DNA of 64,000 nt, taken from assembly GCA_902515155.1 (NCBI GenBank), contig CABXTT010000003.1:16-64015 (forward strand), in the 5' to 3' direction. This DNA is from an uncultured SAR86 cluster bacterium. GTDB taxonomy: Bacteria > Pseudomonadota > Gammaproteobacteria > Magnimaribacterales > D2472. Below the pieces are notes generated by a model. That model was not told the DNA's origin and did no database searches. It was given only the letters and a program-made list of their open reading frames with translations. Shown here one piece after another: positions 29,929-40,049 of the stretch (position 1 is its first letter; the number at the start of each line of letters is the position of its first letter). The position numbers were made by a program, and so were the translations under genes.

Positions 29929-31212
29929 ATGCTTCCTTGGAAAATAATTCAAAAGTTAGAAAGTGATAATAGTCGCTTGTTTAAGGAAGATGTTATAGAG
30001 GCATATCTTGAAGATACTGACTTTCAAGAGGGACTTTCAATGTGTTTAGATGCTCTTGTAACTTTTGGAGTCAAACAAGTTCCTGAATCAAATGAAAATG
30101 GCAAAGGCTTAAATTGGAGAGAATTTAAAGAGAAAGCATCTTTGCTCATAGAGAGAGAAAAAACTGGACATGCAGCAAGAGATCAAATACTTGAATTAAT
30201 GGCAACAGCAACCTCCGAGCAATGGAATGATTGGTATAGGCGCGTGCTTATTAAAGATTTACGTTGTGGAGTTAGTCAAAAAACAGTGAATAATGTTGCT
30301 AAGAGAATGGGCATAAAATTTAGCGTGCCTGTATTCTCGTGCATGCTTGCTCATGATGGCGCAAAACATCCTAAAAAAATTAAAGGCCCATGTTTGGTAG
30401 AATATAAATATGATGGAGTAAGGGTTATAGCTATAACCAAAAATAACAGTACTACTCTATACAGTAGAAATGGAAAGATACTAAGTAATTTTCCTCATAT
30501 TGAGGAGGCATTAAGCAAACCTGAATTTAATGGTCTAGTATTAGATGGTGAAGTTATGAGTGATGATTTTCAATCTTTGATGAAACAAGTTCATAGAAAA
30601 ACGAATGCCAAAACTGATGATGCATATCTGGCCTTGTTTGATATATTGCCTTTATCGGAATTCAATAAAGGAAAAAGTAAGCTAAACAGCGTTCAAAGAA
30701 AAGACCTTCTTAATGATATTTCTAAAGGTTTTCATTCCTGCATAAAGCCCGTAGATTATATTGTTCTTGATTTTGATACAAAGGAAGGGCAAAAAACTTT
30801 TTCTTCAATGAATAAAAATGCTCTTGATCAGGGATATGAAGGACTAATGATAAAACCAATCAATGATATTTATGAATGTAAAAGGAGCCATGCATGGTTA
30901 AAGATAAAACCTTTTATAGAAGTAACTTTAAGAGTAACGGATATTCAAGAAGGTACTGGAAAGCATGAAGGTAGGTTAGGTGCCTTTAGCGTAGAAGGAG
31001 AAGACGATGGTAAGTTTTTTTCATTAAGTGTTGGAAGTGGCTTAACTGATGAAGACAGAGAAAAATTTTGGAAAGAAAAGGATTCATTAAAAGGCCAATT
31101 GATAGAAATACGAGCTGATGCAGTCACTCAAAGTGTTGAAGGCGAACATTACAGTTTAAGATTCCCAAGATTTAAAACTTTTAGAGGTTTTGTTGCGGGA
31201 GAAAAATTATGA
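29929..31212 (+). CDS. ATP-dependent DNA ligase
   Basis: EYKYDGVR, LDGE, FDIL, EGLMIK, WLKIK, VGSG, LRFPRF; N-terminal KDLRCGV domain; no Zn finger, HhH or BRCT; no signal peptide. Confidence 0.93.
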   Translation: MLPWKIIQKLESDNSRLFKEDVIEAYLEDTDFQEGLSMCLDALVTFGVKQVPESNENGKGLNWREFKEKASLLIEREKTGHAARDQILELMATATSEQWNDWYRRVLIKDLRCGVSQKTVNNVAKRMGIKFSVPVFSCMLAHDGAKHPKKIKGPCLVEYKYDGVRVIAITKNNSTTLYSRNGKILSNFPHIEEALSKPEFNGLVLDGEVMSDDFQSLMKQVHRKTNAKTDDAYLALFDILPLSEFNKGKSKLNSVQRKDLLNDISKGFHSCIKPVDYIVLDFDTKEGQKTFSSMNKNALDQGYEGLMIKPINDIYECKRSHAWLKIKPFIEVTLRVTDIQEGTGKHEGRLGAFSVEGEDDGKFFSLSVGSGLTDEDREKFWKEKDSLKGQLIEIRADAVTQSVEGEHYSLRFPRFKTFRGFVAGEKL

Positions 31213-31826
31213 TTAAGAAATCTCAATTAAGATTTTTAGGTATCTTTTTATCAATATTTTTAATTCAGTCATGTGTTACGAAGCCACCTGAAAATCCTGA
31301 TAATATTTGCCTAATATTTAAAGAAAAAAGGAGTTGGTATAAAGCTGTTATAAGATCTGAAAAGAGATGGAAAATTCCTCCATATGTTCTTATGTCATTT
31401 GTATATCAAGAGTCTAGTTTTCAATCTGACGCTAGACCAGAAAGAAAAAAATTGCTTGGTTTTATTCCTTGGTTTAGACCCTCAACGGCTGTGGGCTATT
31501 CTCAAGCATTAAACATGACTTGGGAAGATTATAAAGAAGAAACTGGCAATTCAAGAGCAAACAGAAAAGATTTTAAAGATTCAGCTGATTTCATAGGATG
31601 GTACGCAAGTAAAGGTTATTACCAAGGTTTTAAAAAAGAAGATGCAAGATCTTTATATCTTGCCTATCATGAGGGTTATGGCGGCTATAAGAAAAAAACA
31701 TATAGGAAAAAGCAATGGCTTGTTAAGGTAGCTGATAGAGTTCAATCAAGATCAATAAAATATCAACAACAATATTGGGGATGTGCTAAAGAACTTAAAA
31801 GAAAGAGATTTATTTTCTTTGGCTAA
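31209..31826 (+). CDS. Lipoprotein with lytic transglycosylase (SLT-like) domain
   Basis: Lipobox IQSC, QESSF, GYSQA, YLAYHEG. Confidence 0.8.
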   Translation: MIKKSQLRFLGIFLSIFLIQSCVTKPPENPDNICLIFKEKRSWYKAVIRSEKRWKIPPYVLMSFVYQESSFQSDARPERKKLLGFIPWFRPSTAVGYSQALNMTWEDYKEETGNSRANRKDFKDSADFIGWYASKGYYQGFKKEDARSLYLAYHEGYGGYKKKTYRKKQWLVKVADRVQSRSIKYQQQYWGCAKELKRKRFIFFG

Positions 31827-34694
31827 TTATATATTTTTAAGTTTAAAGTCTAGGCTTTTTATTTCTGATTCAAATGGCTCACCAGCTATTACTGCTGATT
31901 TAGAATCACTAAATAAATATTTTTCTGAAACTTTTACTAAATCATCAATTGAACATTCTTTTACTTTTGATCTAAATGCCAATCTTTCAGCTTGTTTTTT
32001 ATGATCTAGTTCGCTCATAAAGTCACTCATAGCTTCTCCGTGTGGTGACAAAGGCTTGTCAATGCTTGAGATAACTCCAAGGACTCCTTCATCAAGTTGA
32101 GTAGAAGTAATATTTTTTAGTGACCATTCTCTTGATTTTTTAAATTCTAAGAATGTTTCAGAGCATTTAGGATCTCTGTATGAGAAAAATTTAAATACCC
32201 TATTGTATGAGTCTTGAGAGGCACCAGATCCATAAGCTCCTCCTTTTTCCCTAATCGCTGAATGTAGATATCCATTCCTGAGTACTGCCCCTAATACTGT
32301 TAATGCAGGAGCATCTTGATGTTTTGAATCAACGGTTGCAAAAGCCTCAGAACAAAAACAAACTTGTGAACCAGTGATCCATCCTATTGAATCTTTCTGA
32401 ACACTATAAAGCTCTTGATTATTTAATTCGTGAGATGAAGATTTAAATTCTGCAAGAAGTTTTAAGTTATTTTGTTCAAGAGAAGAGGCTGTAAATAAAT
32501 AATTTGGTGTATTTGAAATTTTAGCTTTAATAGATTTTAAAGTTTCAATATATCGCTCAAGATTATCTTTATCCGTAATAGTTTTAGACAAGTTACTTGT
32601 GTTGTTAATAAATCGAATTCCTGATGTTAGATCATTTGTAGCAGCTATAGAATTTATCTGTGAGGCGGCATTGTTCATAGCAAGAACATGACCATTTTGT
32701 ATTAATGATTTTTCATTATCTGATGAAATAAAGTCCAATAATTCTTTAATTCTTTGTGTTTCATCAAACTTTGAATCTTCAATAGTTCTTAACATTAATT
32801 CCTGCATCAAAAGATCATTTTTTTCTAGACTTTTACCACTTAATTTTAGAGCAAGTTTATAATTTTTATTATCATCACTTGGTAACATCACAAAAGATGA
32901 TGATATTCCACCAGTAACCGATGATTGATATTTTTGAATTGATTCATAGCTGTCATTGCCAAGACCAATATCTGTGATTGAACTTGAAAACAAGCTCGCT
33001 ACTGCCAACTCATTATTATTTAAGGCATCACACGGAAATAACATTGAATGGTAAATAATTCCGTTTGTACCCGATTTATAGTAATAATTGGTAGTGTTGT
33101 TTGAATGAGAAATAAGTGGCGAGGGGTATTTACGTTCTTTTGGAATATCTTCTTTAGTTACTTTAGGGAGAATTTCAGGATCGTCATGACTTTCTTGTCT
33201 TTTTTGTAAAGAAGTTGCCAGCTTTACAATATTATTTTTTTCTTCTGTTGTTAAGTTTTTAGTTTTTTCAGAAACCTTATTTTGAATTCTTTCCTCAGTT
33301 TTTTTATTAAAATTAATATCGGGAATAAGAGAATAATTTAGTCTATGGCTGTTCTTAATAAGGTGCTTTTCAATTAAACCTTCAACATACCTTTCTGATA
33401 GAAGATTACTTTTTATCGTATTAAATGCATTATCTAAATCTAAAATACTTAAAGGATCGTCATTATGTATACATGCAGGAAGACAACTAAGCATAATTTG
33501 GAGACCAAATGGCATACCTGATCCTGTGATTTCTCTTTGTTTGATTTCTAGTTGATGTAATGACGAATCAATAAGGTCTTTGTCAATCCCGTTTGCAACA
33601 AGGTCATTAAGACAATTTAAAATAAGTTCTTCAACATCTTTATGTTTATTTTTTTCAACTCCTTCAAGGCCAGCAGCAAAAACTAGCTCTTTCTGGTCTG
33701 CTTCAAGACCAGTTAAGGGTGAGGGCGATTTTCCTAACTCTGAATTTTCTAAAACTTTCCTCAAAGGAGAGGCTGAATTATCTAATAAAATATTAGACAT
33801 TAAATATGTTTCTAATAACTCAATTGGATTGTGGCTCTCGCTTAACAACCAACTTATAACAACATGATGATTATTTTCGTCACCAGGTTGTGGATTATAG
33901 AAATCTGAAATAGTTTTTGGAGAAGTTATTCTCTTTTCATTTTTAACTGAGATTTCTTCAAGTGAAGGAGTAAAATTATTTAAAACGTTTTCTTTTATGT
34001 AATTTTGAATTTCAATTGGATTTACCTTTCCAAAAGTAAAGAAAGTTGCATTGGATGGATGATAATGTTTTTTATGAAAATTTACTAAATCCTCATGCGT
34101 AAGATCTAATATATCCTCTGGATTGCCACCACTGTTATGTTTATATGTTGATGATGAGTACAAATGCCTAGACATGCCGTGCCATAGCTGACTTGATATA
34201 GAGCTCATCGCGCCTTTCATCTCATTGTAAACAACGCCTTTAATTTCAATTTCACTTTCAGGGTTTTCTTTTTCTTTAAACTCAAGTCTGTGTCCTTCTT
34301 GGGCAAAATCAAGATTATCTAGATTTGGAAAAAATGAAGAATCTAAATAAACACCTAATAAGTTGTTAAAGTCTTTATTATTCAAGGTAGCAAAAGGATA
34401 TGCAGTCCAGTCACTTGATGTGAAAGCATTCATAAAAGTATTTAAAGATCTTCTGATCATCATGAAGAATGGATCTCTAACTGGATATTTTTTTGAACCA
34501 CAAAGAGCAGTATGCTCAAGAATATGAGCTACACCTGTTGAATCTTCTGGAATAGTTCTAAAAGCCACCATGAAAACTTTTTCATCGCTATTAGAATCTA
34601 AATGAACATGCTTGCAATTAAATTCAGATTCATTATATATTTGTGCATTGAGATCTAGTAAAGGAATATATTTCTGGTCTTCAAGATTAAACAT
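31827..34694 (-). CDS. Peptidase M16C (presequence protease-like)
   Basis: HILEH, DPFF, NAFT, GVVYNEMKG, REKGGAYG, SYRDP. Confidence 0.93.
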   Translation of the reverse strand: MFNLEDQKYIPLLDLNAQIYNESEFNCKHVHLDSNSDEKVFMVAFRTIPEDSTGVAHILEHTALCGSKKYPVRDPFFMMIRRSLNTFMNAFTSSDWTAYPFATLNNKDFNNLLGVYLDSSFFPNLDNLDFAQEGHRLEFKEKENPESEIEIKGVVYNEMKGAMSSISSQLWHGMSRHLYSSSTYKHNSGGNPEDILDLTHEDLVNFHKKHYHPSNATFFTFGKVNPIEIQNYIKENVLNNFTPSLEEISVKNEKRITSPKTISDFYNPQPGDENNHHVVISWLLSESHNPIELLETYLMSNILLDNSASPLRKVLENSELGKSPSPLTGLEADQKELVFAAGLEGVEKNKHKDVEELILNCLNDLVANGIDKDLIDSSLHQLEIKQREITGSGMPFGLQIMLSCLPACIHNDDPLSILDLDNAFNTIKSNLLSERYVEGLIEKHLIKNSHRLNYSLIPDINFNKKTEERIQNKVSEKTKNLTTEEKNNIVKLATSLQKRQESHDDPEILPKVTKEDIPKERKYPSPLISHSNNTTNYYYKSGTNGIIYHSMLFPCDALNNNELAVASLFSSSITDIGLGNDSYESIQKYQSSVTGGISSSFVMLPSDDNKNYKLALKLSGKSLEKNDLLMQELMLRTIEDSKFDETQRIKELLDFISSDNEKSLIQNGHVLAMNNAASQINSIAATNDLTSGIRFINNTSNLSKTITDKDNLERYIETLKSIKAKISNTPNYLFTASSLEQNNLKLLAEFKSSSHELNNQELYSVQKDSIGWITGSQVCFCSEAFATVDSKHQDAPALTVLGAVLRNGYLHSAIREKGGAYGSGASQDSYNRVFKFFSYRDPKCSETFLEFKKSREWSLKNITSTQLDEGVLGVISSIDKPLSPHGEAMSDFMSELDHKKQAERLAFRSKVKECSIDDLVKVSEKYLFSDSKSAVIAGEPFESEIKSLDFKLKNI

Positions 34695-34728
34695 AATAAA
34701 ATTTTATAAAAACATGTACACTAATTCT

Positions 34729-35241
34729 ATGAAAAAAATAACAACGTTCTTTAGCATCTTTATCTTAATCGGATGCAGTGGTATGCAAACTAATATTGAA
34801 GTGGATTCTATCGAAACATTTAATTTAAACAATTATAGCGATTTTTCTATAAAGATAAATGATTCAAATGTAAGTACTGAGATAAACCCAATTGAACTTG
34901 AAAGGTTCAGGGATAACCTTAAATCAGCTATCGAAGAGAGAGGGCTTTCTTTTTCAGCTGACTCAAATTTAGAATTTAACATTAATCTTATGTCCAAAGA
35001 TAAAGTAATGTCTAATAGATCTAATTATCATTATTCAAGATATTATTGGAATAACTATATGTTATATGACGATGTTAGAACGGTTACTGAAAATATTTTA
35101 AGAATCAATCTAAAAGACAAATCAAAAGATAGCACTTTATGGACAGTTGTTACTGCATGGAGATCTGGATCATCTCAATCAATTGCAACAGATGATGCTT
35201 CAAACATTCTCGTTGATGAGATTATGATCAGTTTTTTATAA
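34729..35241 (+). CDS. Lipoprotein, DUF4136-like
   Basis: MKKITTFFSIFILIGC signal with lipobox; LRINLKD..TLW C-terminal pattern. Confidence 0.65.
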   Translation: MKKITTFFSIFILIGCSGMQTNIEVDSIETFNLNNYSDFSIKINDSNVSTEINPIELERFRDNLKSAIEERGLSFSADSNLEFNINLMSKDKVMSNRSNYHYSRYYWNNYMLYDDVRTVTENILRINLKDKSKDSTLWTVVTAWRSGSSQSIATDDASNILVDEIMISFL

Positions 35242-35276
35242 TCAGTTTTAAATTTTTATTAGGGGGGATTAATAAA

Positions 35277-36986
35277 ATTAACAATATTCTTGTATTCCTT
35301 TTTTTTATCTTTATATCTTCATGCTCCAATGAGGTTATTGAAGAAAGAAAAATACCTAAAACTTCTAAAGTAGAGAAGCTTATAGAGCATTCAAAAGAAT
35401 TTGAAAAAAAAGTTTACTCATATGAAACACCTGGTGGAAAAATTCATACAGCAGTTGGATTTGGTATCGCTAATTCAATTATGATTGAGGGTGAGGGCGG
35501 CAATATTATTGTTGACTCGGCTGACAGTACATTTGAGGCTGCAGAAATATATACTCTTTTTAAAGAGATAAATCCTAATCCAATAAAAGCCATAATTTAT
35601 ACACATAATCATGGAGATCATACATTTGGTGCGGCTCACTACCTTTCAACTCAAAAAGAAAGACCAAAAATTATTGCACATGAAACAACCGACTACTATA
35701 TGCAACGCATTTTAGGCATTATAAACCCAATTATTGGCTCAAGAAGTGCAAGAATGTTTGGAACGCAACTTCCAGAAAATGAACTTATTAATGTGGGGAT
35801 TGGAAAAAGTTTAAGTGTTGGTAAATCACCTCTTGGCTATGTAAAACCAGATACAACTTTTGATAAAGAATTAAAAATGCAAATTGCTGGAATAAATATT
35901 GAGCTTTATCATGCACCTGGAGAAACAAATGATCAAATATTTATTTGGCTTCCTGATCATAATTCTCTTATGCCAGGTGATAATATCTATAAGACCTTTC
36001 CAAATTTGTACACTATAAGGGGAACAACTCACAGAGATGTAATGGGTTGGGTTAATAGTCTTGATCATATGAGATCTTTTAATCCTGAATTTCTTTTTCC
36101 AAGTCATACTAAACCTCTTTCAGGTGATCAAGTTATGGATGCTCTAACAATTTATCGTGATGCTATTCAATTCGTTCATGATCAAACAATTCGCTTAATG
36201 AATGAAGGCTATTACCCTGATCAGATTGTTGAAATGATCGATCTTCCAAAAGAAATTAGAGAGTCACCATTTTTATATGAATTTTATGGAACAGTAAGGT
36301 GGTCTGTAAAAAGTATCTTTAGCGGTTATCTTGGCTGGTTCAACGGAAATCCTTCAGATTTAGACCCTCTGTCAAGAGTTGAAGAGGCAATAAGATTTTC
36401 TAATATGGTTGGCGGTAATGAAAATATGCTTGCAGCGCTTCAGCAAGCAATTCAAGCACAAGATATGCAATGGGCATTAGAACTAAGTGATAGATTAATA
36501 GCTTTAGAATATTCACTAGATGAGGTCAATTCATTAAGACAGGATGCATTAATATATATTGGAAAAAGATCATCTAACCCTAATAAAAGGAATTATTTTT
36601 TAACATCTGCTATTGAGCTTGATAAAAATTTTAAAGGCTTCCCTCTGGCAGAAAGAACTGTAGAAGTCATTAATGAAGTTTCTATTGATACCTTATTTAG
36701 CTTGTTGTCAGTAAGCCTTGATCCAGAAAACATTTTTCAAAATAATTACAAAGCTTGTTTCACATTTTCATCAGGAATAACGAAAACGATTACGATTAGA
36801 AATAATGTAGCTGCTGTATCAGATAGCATTATTCAACCATGTAATATTGAAGTATTTGGAGATGAATTAGTTTTTAAAATGGCATTATCTGGCTTAAAAA
36901 GCCCAGTTATGGCTATAGCCTCTGGTGAGATAGAAGTTAAGGGAGGCAATACAGAGTTTTTACAATTTTTATCAAGCTTTAGATAG
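35277..36986 (+). CDS. Alkyl sulfatase (metallo-beta-lactamase fold), predicted lipoprotein; 5' end extended to a non-canonical start
   Basis: THNHGDH, APGET, FPNLYTIRG, EFYG, GYLGWF; frame open from 35220 and encodes a signal peptide with ISSC lipobox. Confidence 0.85.
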   Translation: MNNILVFLFFIFISSCSNEVIEERKIPKTSKVEKLIEHSKEFEKKVYSYETPGGKIHTAVGFGIANSIMIEGEGGNIIVDSADSTFEAAEIYTLFKEINPNPIKAIIYTHNHGDHTFGAAHYLSTQKERPKIIAHETTDYYMQRILGIINPIIGSRSARMFGTQLPENELINVGIGKSLSVGKSPLGYVKPDTTFDKELKMQIAGINIELYHAPGETNDQIFIWLPDHNSLMPGDNIYKTFPNLYTIRGTTHRDVMGWVNSLDHMRSFNPEFLFPSHTKPLSGDQVMDALTIYRDAIQFVHDQTIRLMNEGYYPDQIVEMIDLPKEIRESPFLYEFYGTVRWSVKSIFSGYLGWFNGNPSDLDPLSRVEEAIRFSNMVGGNENMLAALQQAIQAQDMQWALELSDRLIALEYSLDEVNSLRQDALIYIGKRSSNPNKRNYFLTSAIELDKNFKGFPLAERTVEVINEVSIDTLFSLLSVSLDPENIFQNNYKACFTFSSGITKTITIRNNVAAVSDSIIQPCNIEVFGDELVFKMALSGLKSPVMAIASGEIEVKGGNTEFLQFLSSFR

Positions 36987-36989
36987 AAC

Positions 36990-37451
36990 TTACCATCTAA
37001 ACTTATCGAAGTTTTCAGGATTGGCCCAACCTTCTGAATTATTCCAAGATCTTTTATTGTTATATGTTTTAAGATTATATGAAAAACACTTTAGTTTATT
37101 CTTAGAATCTCTTAATTCAGTTTGGAATCCAAGCCGAAGCATTACATCATCAATATTTTTGTCTTTTTTAAAATTTGTAAAGATCACTATTTTTTGACTT
37201 AATAAATTTTTAATAGTACCAATATCACTTTCAGATAACACAACATCATCGAGAACAACAAAAATATCATCATTACAATCACTAACATCACTGATTTCAG
37301 GATCAATACTAATACTTTTCATATTAATTTTTTCTATTCTTTTTAATAAACTGGAGACATCTTGAGATGTAATTAGTTGAGCACTTGAGCAATTTTCATC
37401 AACCAATATATTCAATAAAAAACTATATAAAGTCTTATCTTTAGAAATCAT
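36990..37451 (-). CDS. DUF6231-like hypothetical protein
   Basis: C-terminal TYNNKRSWNNSEGWANPENFDKFRW. Confidence 0.6.
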   Translation of the reverse strand: MISKDKTLYSFLLNILVDENCSSAQLITSQDVSSLLKRIEKINMKSISIDPEISDVSDCNDDIFVVLDDVVLSESDIGTIKNLLSQKIVIFTNFKKDKNIDDVMLRLGFQTELRDSKNKLKCFSYNLKTYNNKRSWNNSEGWANPENFDKFRW

Positions 37452-38446
37452 TTCAATAAATGTTTTACTGCTTCTCTTTCGGAGGATAGTTCATCGATGG
37501 AAATTTTAAATTTCTCCATTGCAAAGTCAGACAATACTAGGTCCCTTTTAATTTCTACACTGCCGTCTTCTAATGTAATGAGAGGATAGCCGCATATAAG
37601 ACCTTCAGGAACGCCATAAGCTCCGTCGCTTGCAATAGCTGCACTAAAACAATCACCATCATCTGTGGTGTTTTCGCAGGCAATAATAGTATCGAGTGCT
37701 GCTTTGGCAGCGGAAGTTGCAGAGGAGGCACCTCTGGCATCAATTACGGCCTTACCTCTTTGCTGAACAGTAGGTAAAAAATTATTTTCAACCCAATCCA
37801 TATCATCTATAACAGAACTAGCAGTTTTTCCATTTATTGATACGTTTTCAACATCTGGATACATAGTAGGGCTATGATTGCCCCAAATAATCATATTTTT
37901 CACATCATTTATATTAGAAGAAGTTTTTTTAGCAATAACTGATTTAGCTCTACTTGAATCAAGCATTGTCATAGCCATCCATAATTGAGAATCTTTACCA
38001 GCTGCATTTTTACCAATCAAAGCATTTGTATTTGCTGGATTCCCAACTACAAGAATTTTTGCATTGTCTTTACCATTCTTGCCTATTGATTCACCTTGAT
38101 TAACAAATATGCCACCATTAATTTTTAATAAATCAGACCTTTCTTCTATTTTTTTTCCTTCATAGACAATTCCTCTTGGAATACTTCCAACAAGTAAAAA
38201 CCAATCTGCATCATGAGATGCTTCTTCAAAATTATCTGTATATGTAACTTTGCCCATATTCGGAAAATAAGAATCTTCTAACTCCATTACTATGCCTTCT
38301 AACTTGCTTACAACTTGTGGAATTTCAACCAGGCACAAATCAACTATTTTGTCTCCAAATGTTCTGCCATCAACAAGTCTTGGAATTAGTGAATATGCAA
38401 TTTGTCCAGCCGCACCAGTTACTACTACTTTTACTTTTGAATTCAT
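37448..38446 (-). CDS. mdh: Malate dehydrogenase (type 2)
   Basis: VTGAAGQIAY, VVGNPANTNA, IWGNHS, RGASSA. Confidence 0.92.
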   Translation of the reverse strand: MNSKVKVVVTGAAGQIAYSLIPRLVDGRTFGDKIVDLCLVEIPQVVSKLEGIVMELEDSYFPNMGKVTYTDNFEEASHDADWFLLVGSIPRGIVYEGKKIEERSDLLKINGGIFVNQGESIGKNGKDNAKILVVGNPANTNALIGKNAAGKDSQLWMAMTMLDSSRAKSVIAKKTSSNINDVKNMIIWGNHSPTMYPDVENVSINGKTASSVIDDMDWVENNFLPTVQQRGKAVIDARGASSATSAAKAALDTIIACENTTDDGDCFSAAIASDGAYGVPEGLICGYPLITLEDGSVEIKRDLVLSDFAMEKFKISIDELSSEREAVKHLLK

Positions 38447-38472
38447 TTTTTTCCTTAATATGATGTTTGAGA

Positions 38473-39066
38473 TTATGGGGTAATTATATTCCTAAAAGTT
38501 AGATTAATTCTCGGCTTTTTAAATTTTTTAGTCTTTTTTACCTCATGTTTCCAATATTGCTGAGTTGGCCCACTCATTACAATGAGTTTCCCATTTTCCT
38601 GAGGTATTGAGAATTTAATTTCTTTTATCTTATGTTTAAAAGATATATCTCTTTCTTCTCCAAGAGAAAAAGATGCTATAACTGGTTCGCTACCTAATTC
38701 TTTCTCATCATCTGAATGCAATCCCATTGAGTCAGAACCATTTCTATAAAGATTACCAAGTACTGAATTAAATTTTACTGAAGTAATTAGTTCAACCTTG
38801 CTCTTAATTTCCTTAAGAACATTATTCCAGTTATTTCTAACCAATTTTTTACCTGAATAAGAATAATTAATATTTTGATCGGCATACCATGCTTGTAGCC
38901 TAGGAATTTTATGCTCTTTACCAAAAATTTTTATAGTTCCTTCTGTCCATTCAATGTCTTCCATACATGACTCAAACCAATTATTGAGTTGCGATAAATC
39001 TTCAGTAACTTCATAAATATGTATTTTTAAATCAGGATGGCCTTCAATGCTTTCTTGTTTGAACAT
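38473..39066 (-). CDS. AlkB-family 2OG-Fe(II) dioxygenase
   Basis: PRLQAWY, NLYRNGSDSMGLHSDDE, WKH, RINLTFR. Confidence 0.92.
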   Translation of the reverse strand: MFKQESIEGHPDLKIHIYEVTEDLSQLNNWFESCMEDIEWTEGTIKIFGKEHKIPRLQAWYADQNINYSYSGKKLVRNNWNNVLKEIKSKVELITSVKFNSVLGNLYRNGSDSMGLHSDDEKELGSEPVIASFSLGEERDISFKHKIKEIKFSIPQENGKLIVMSGPTQQYWKHEVKKTKKFKKPRINLTFRNIITP

Positions 39067-39143
39067 AGTATTCGATATAAATTTTGATTAAAATATATCA
39101 CTATTTTAAATCATAGAATTAGTTCCAACAAAGGAGAATTTAA

Positions 39144-40046
39144 ATGAGTATTAGATTTGATAATCAAGTTGCTATTGTAACAGGAGCTGGAGGAGGCATT
39201 GGTAAAGAGCACGCCTTAGAGTTGGCTAGGAGAGGCGCAAAAGTTGTAGTCAATGATCTGGGTGGAAGTGTTGATGGAAACGGAACAAGCGATGCAGCAG
39301 AAGCTGTAGTTGAGCAAATTAAATCAGAAGGTGGCGAAGCTATGTCTAATGGGGCAAGCGTTACTGATCTTCCTGCTATTGATCAAATGGTTAAGGATGT
39401 AATGGATAAGTGGGGAAGGATTGATATTCTTGTTAATAATGCTGGAATTCTAAGAGATAAAAGCTTTCATAACGTAACTCTTGATGACTTTAATCTTGTC
39501 ATGGACGTCCATTTTCAAGGAACTTTAAATTGCACACACACTATTTATCCAATTATGAGAGAACAAGGCTATGGAAGAATAGTTTTCACAAGCTCATCAA
39601 GCGGAGTGTTTGGTAATTTTGGTCAAAGTAATTATGGCGCCGCTAAAATGGCAATGATTGGTTTAATGAATACTCTTAAGATAGAAGGGCAAAAGTATAA
39701 TGTATTCTCAAATTCTATTACTCCGGTTGCCTATACTAGAATGACCGAGGGTCTAATACCTGAAGATTTTGGAAAGAACATGCAACCTGAATATGTTACT
39801 CCAGCAGTAATATACTTATCTAGTGATCAAGCCCCTAACGGCGCTATAGTATCAGCAGGCGCTGGTGTTTTTTCAAGAATTTTTATTCATGAAACTATGG
39901 GAGTTTCTCTTGGGACAGATGAAGACATGACAGCAGAAAACATTGCTGCCAACTGGGATAATATATCTGACATGGATGATGCTAGAGCCTTACAAAATGG
40001 CGGTGAACAAACTCTTAAAATTTTTGAGTTAATAAATAAACAATAA
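39144..40046 (+). CDS. SDR oxidoreductase, 3-hydroxyacyl-CoA dehydrogenase-like
   Basis: TGAGGGIG, VVVNDLGG, NNAGILRD, GNFGQSNYGAAK. Confidence 0.9.
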   Translation: MSIRFDNQVAIVTGAGGGIGKEHALELARRGAKVVVNDLGGSVDGNGTSDAAEAVVEQIKSEGGEAMSNGASVTDLPAIDQMVKDVMDKWGRIDILVNNAGILRDKSFHNVTLDDFNLVMDVHFQGTLNCTHTIYPIMREQGYGRIVFTSSSSGVFGNFGQSNYGAAKMAMIGLMNTLKIEGQKYNVFSNSITPVAYTRMTEGLIPEDFGKNMQPEYVTPAVIYLSSDQAPNGAIVSAGAGVFSRIFIHETMGVSLGTDEDMTAENIAANWDNISDMDDARALQNGGEQTLKIFELINKQ

Positions 40047-40049
40047 ATA

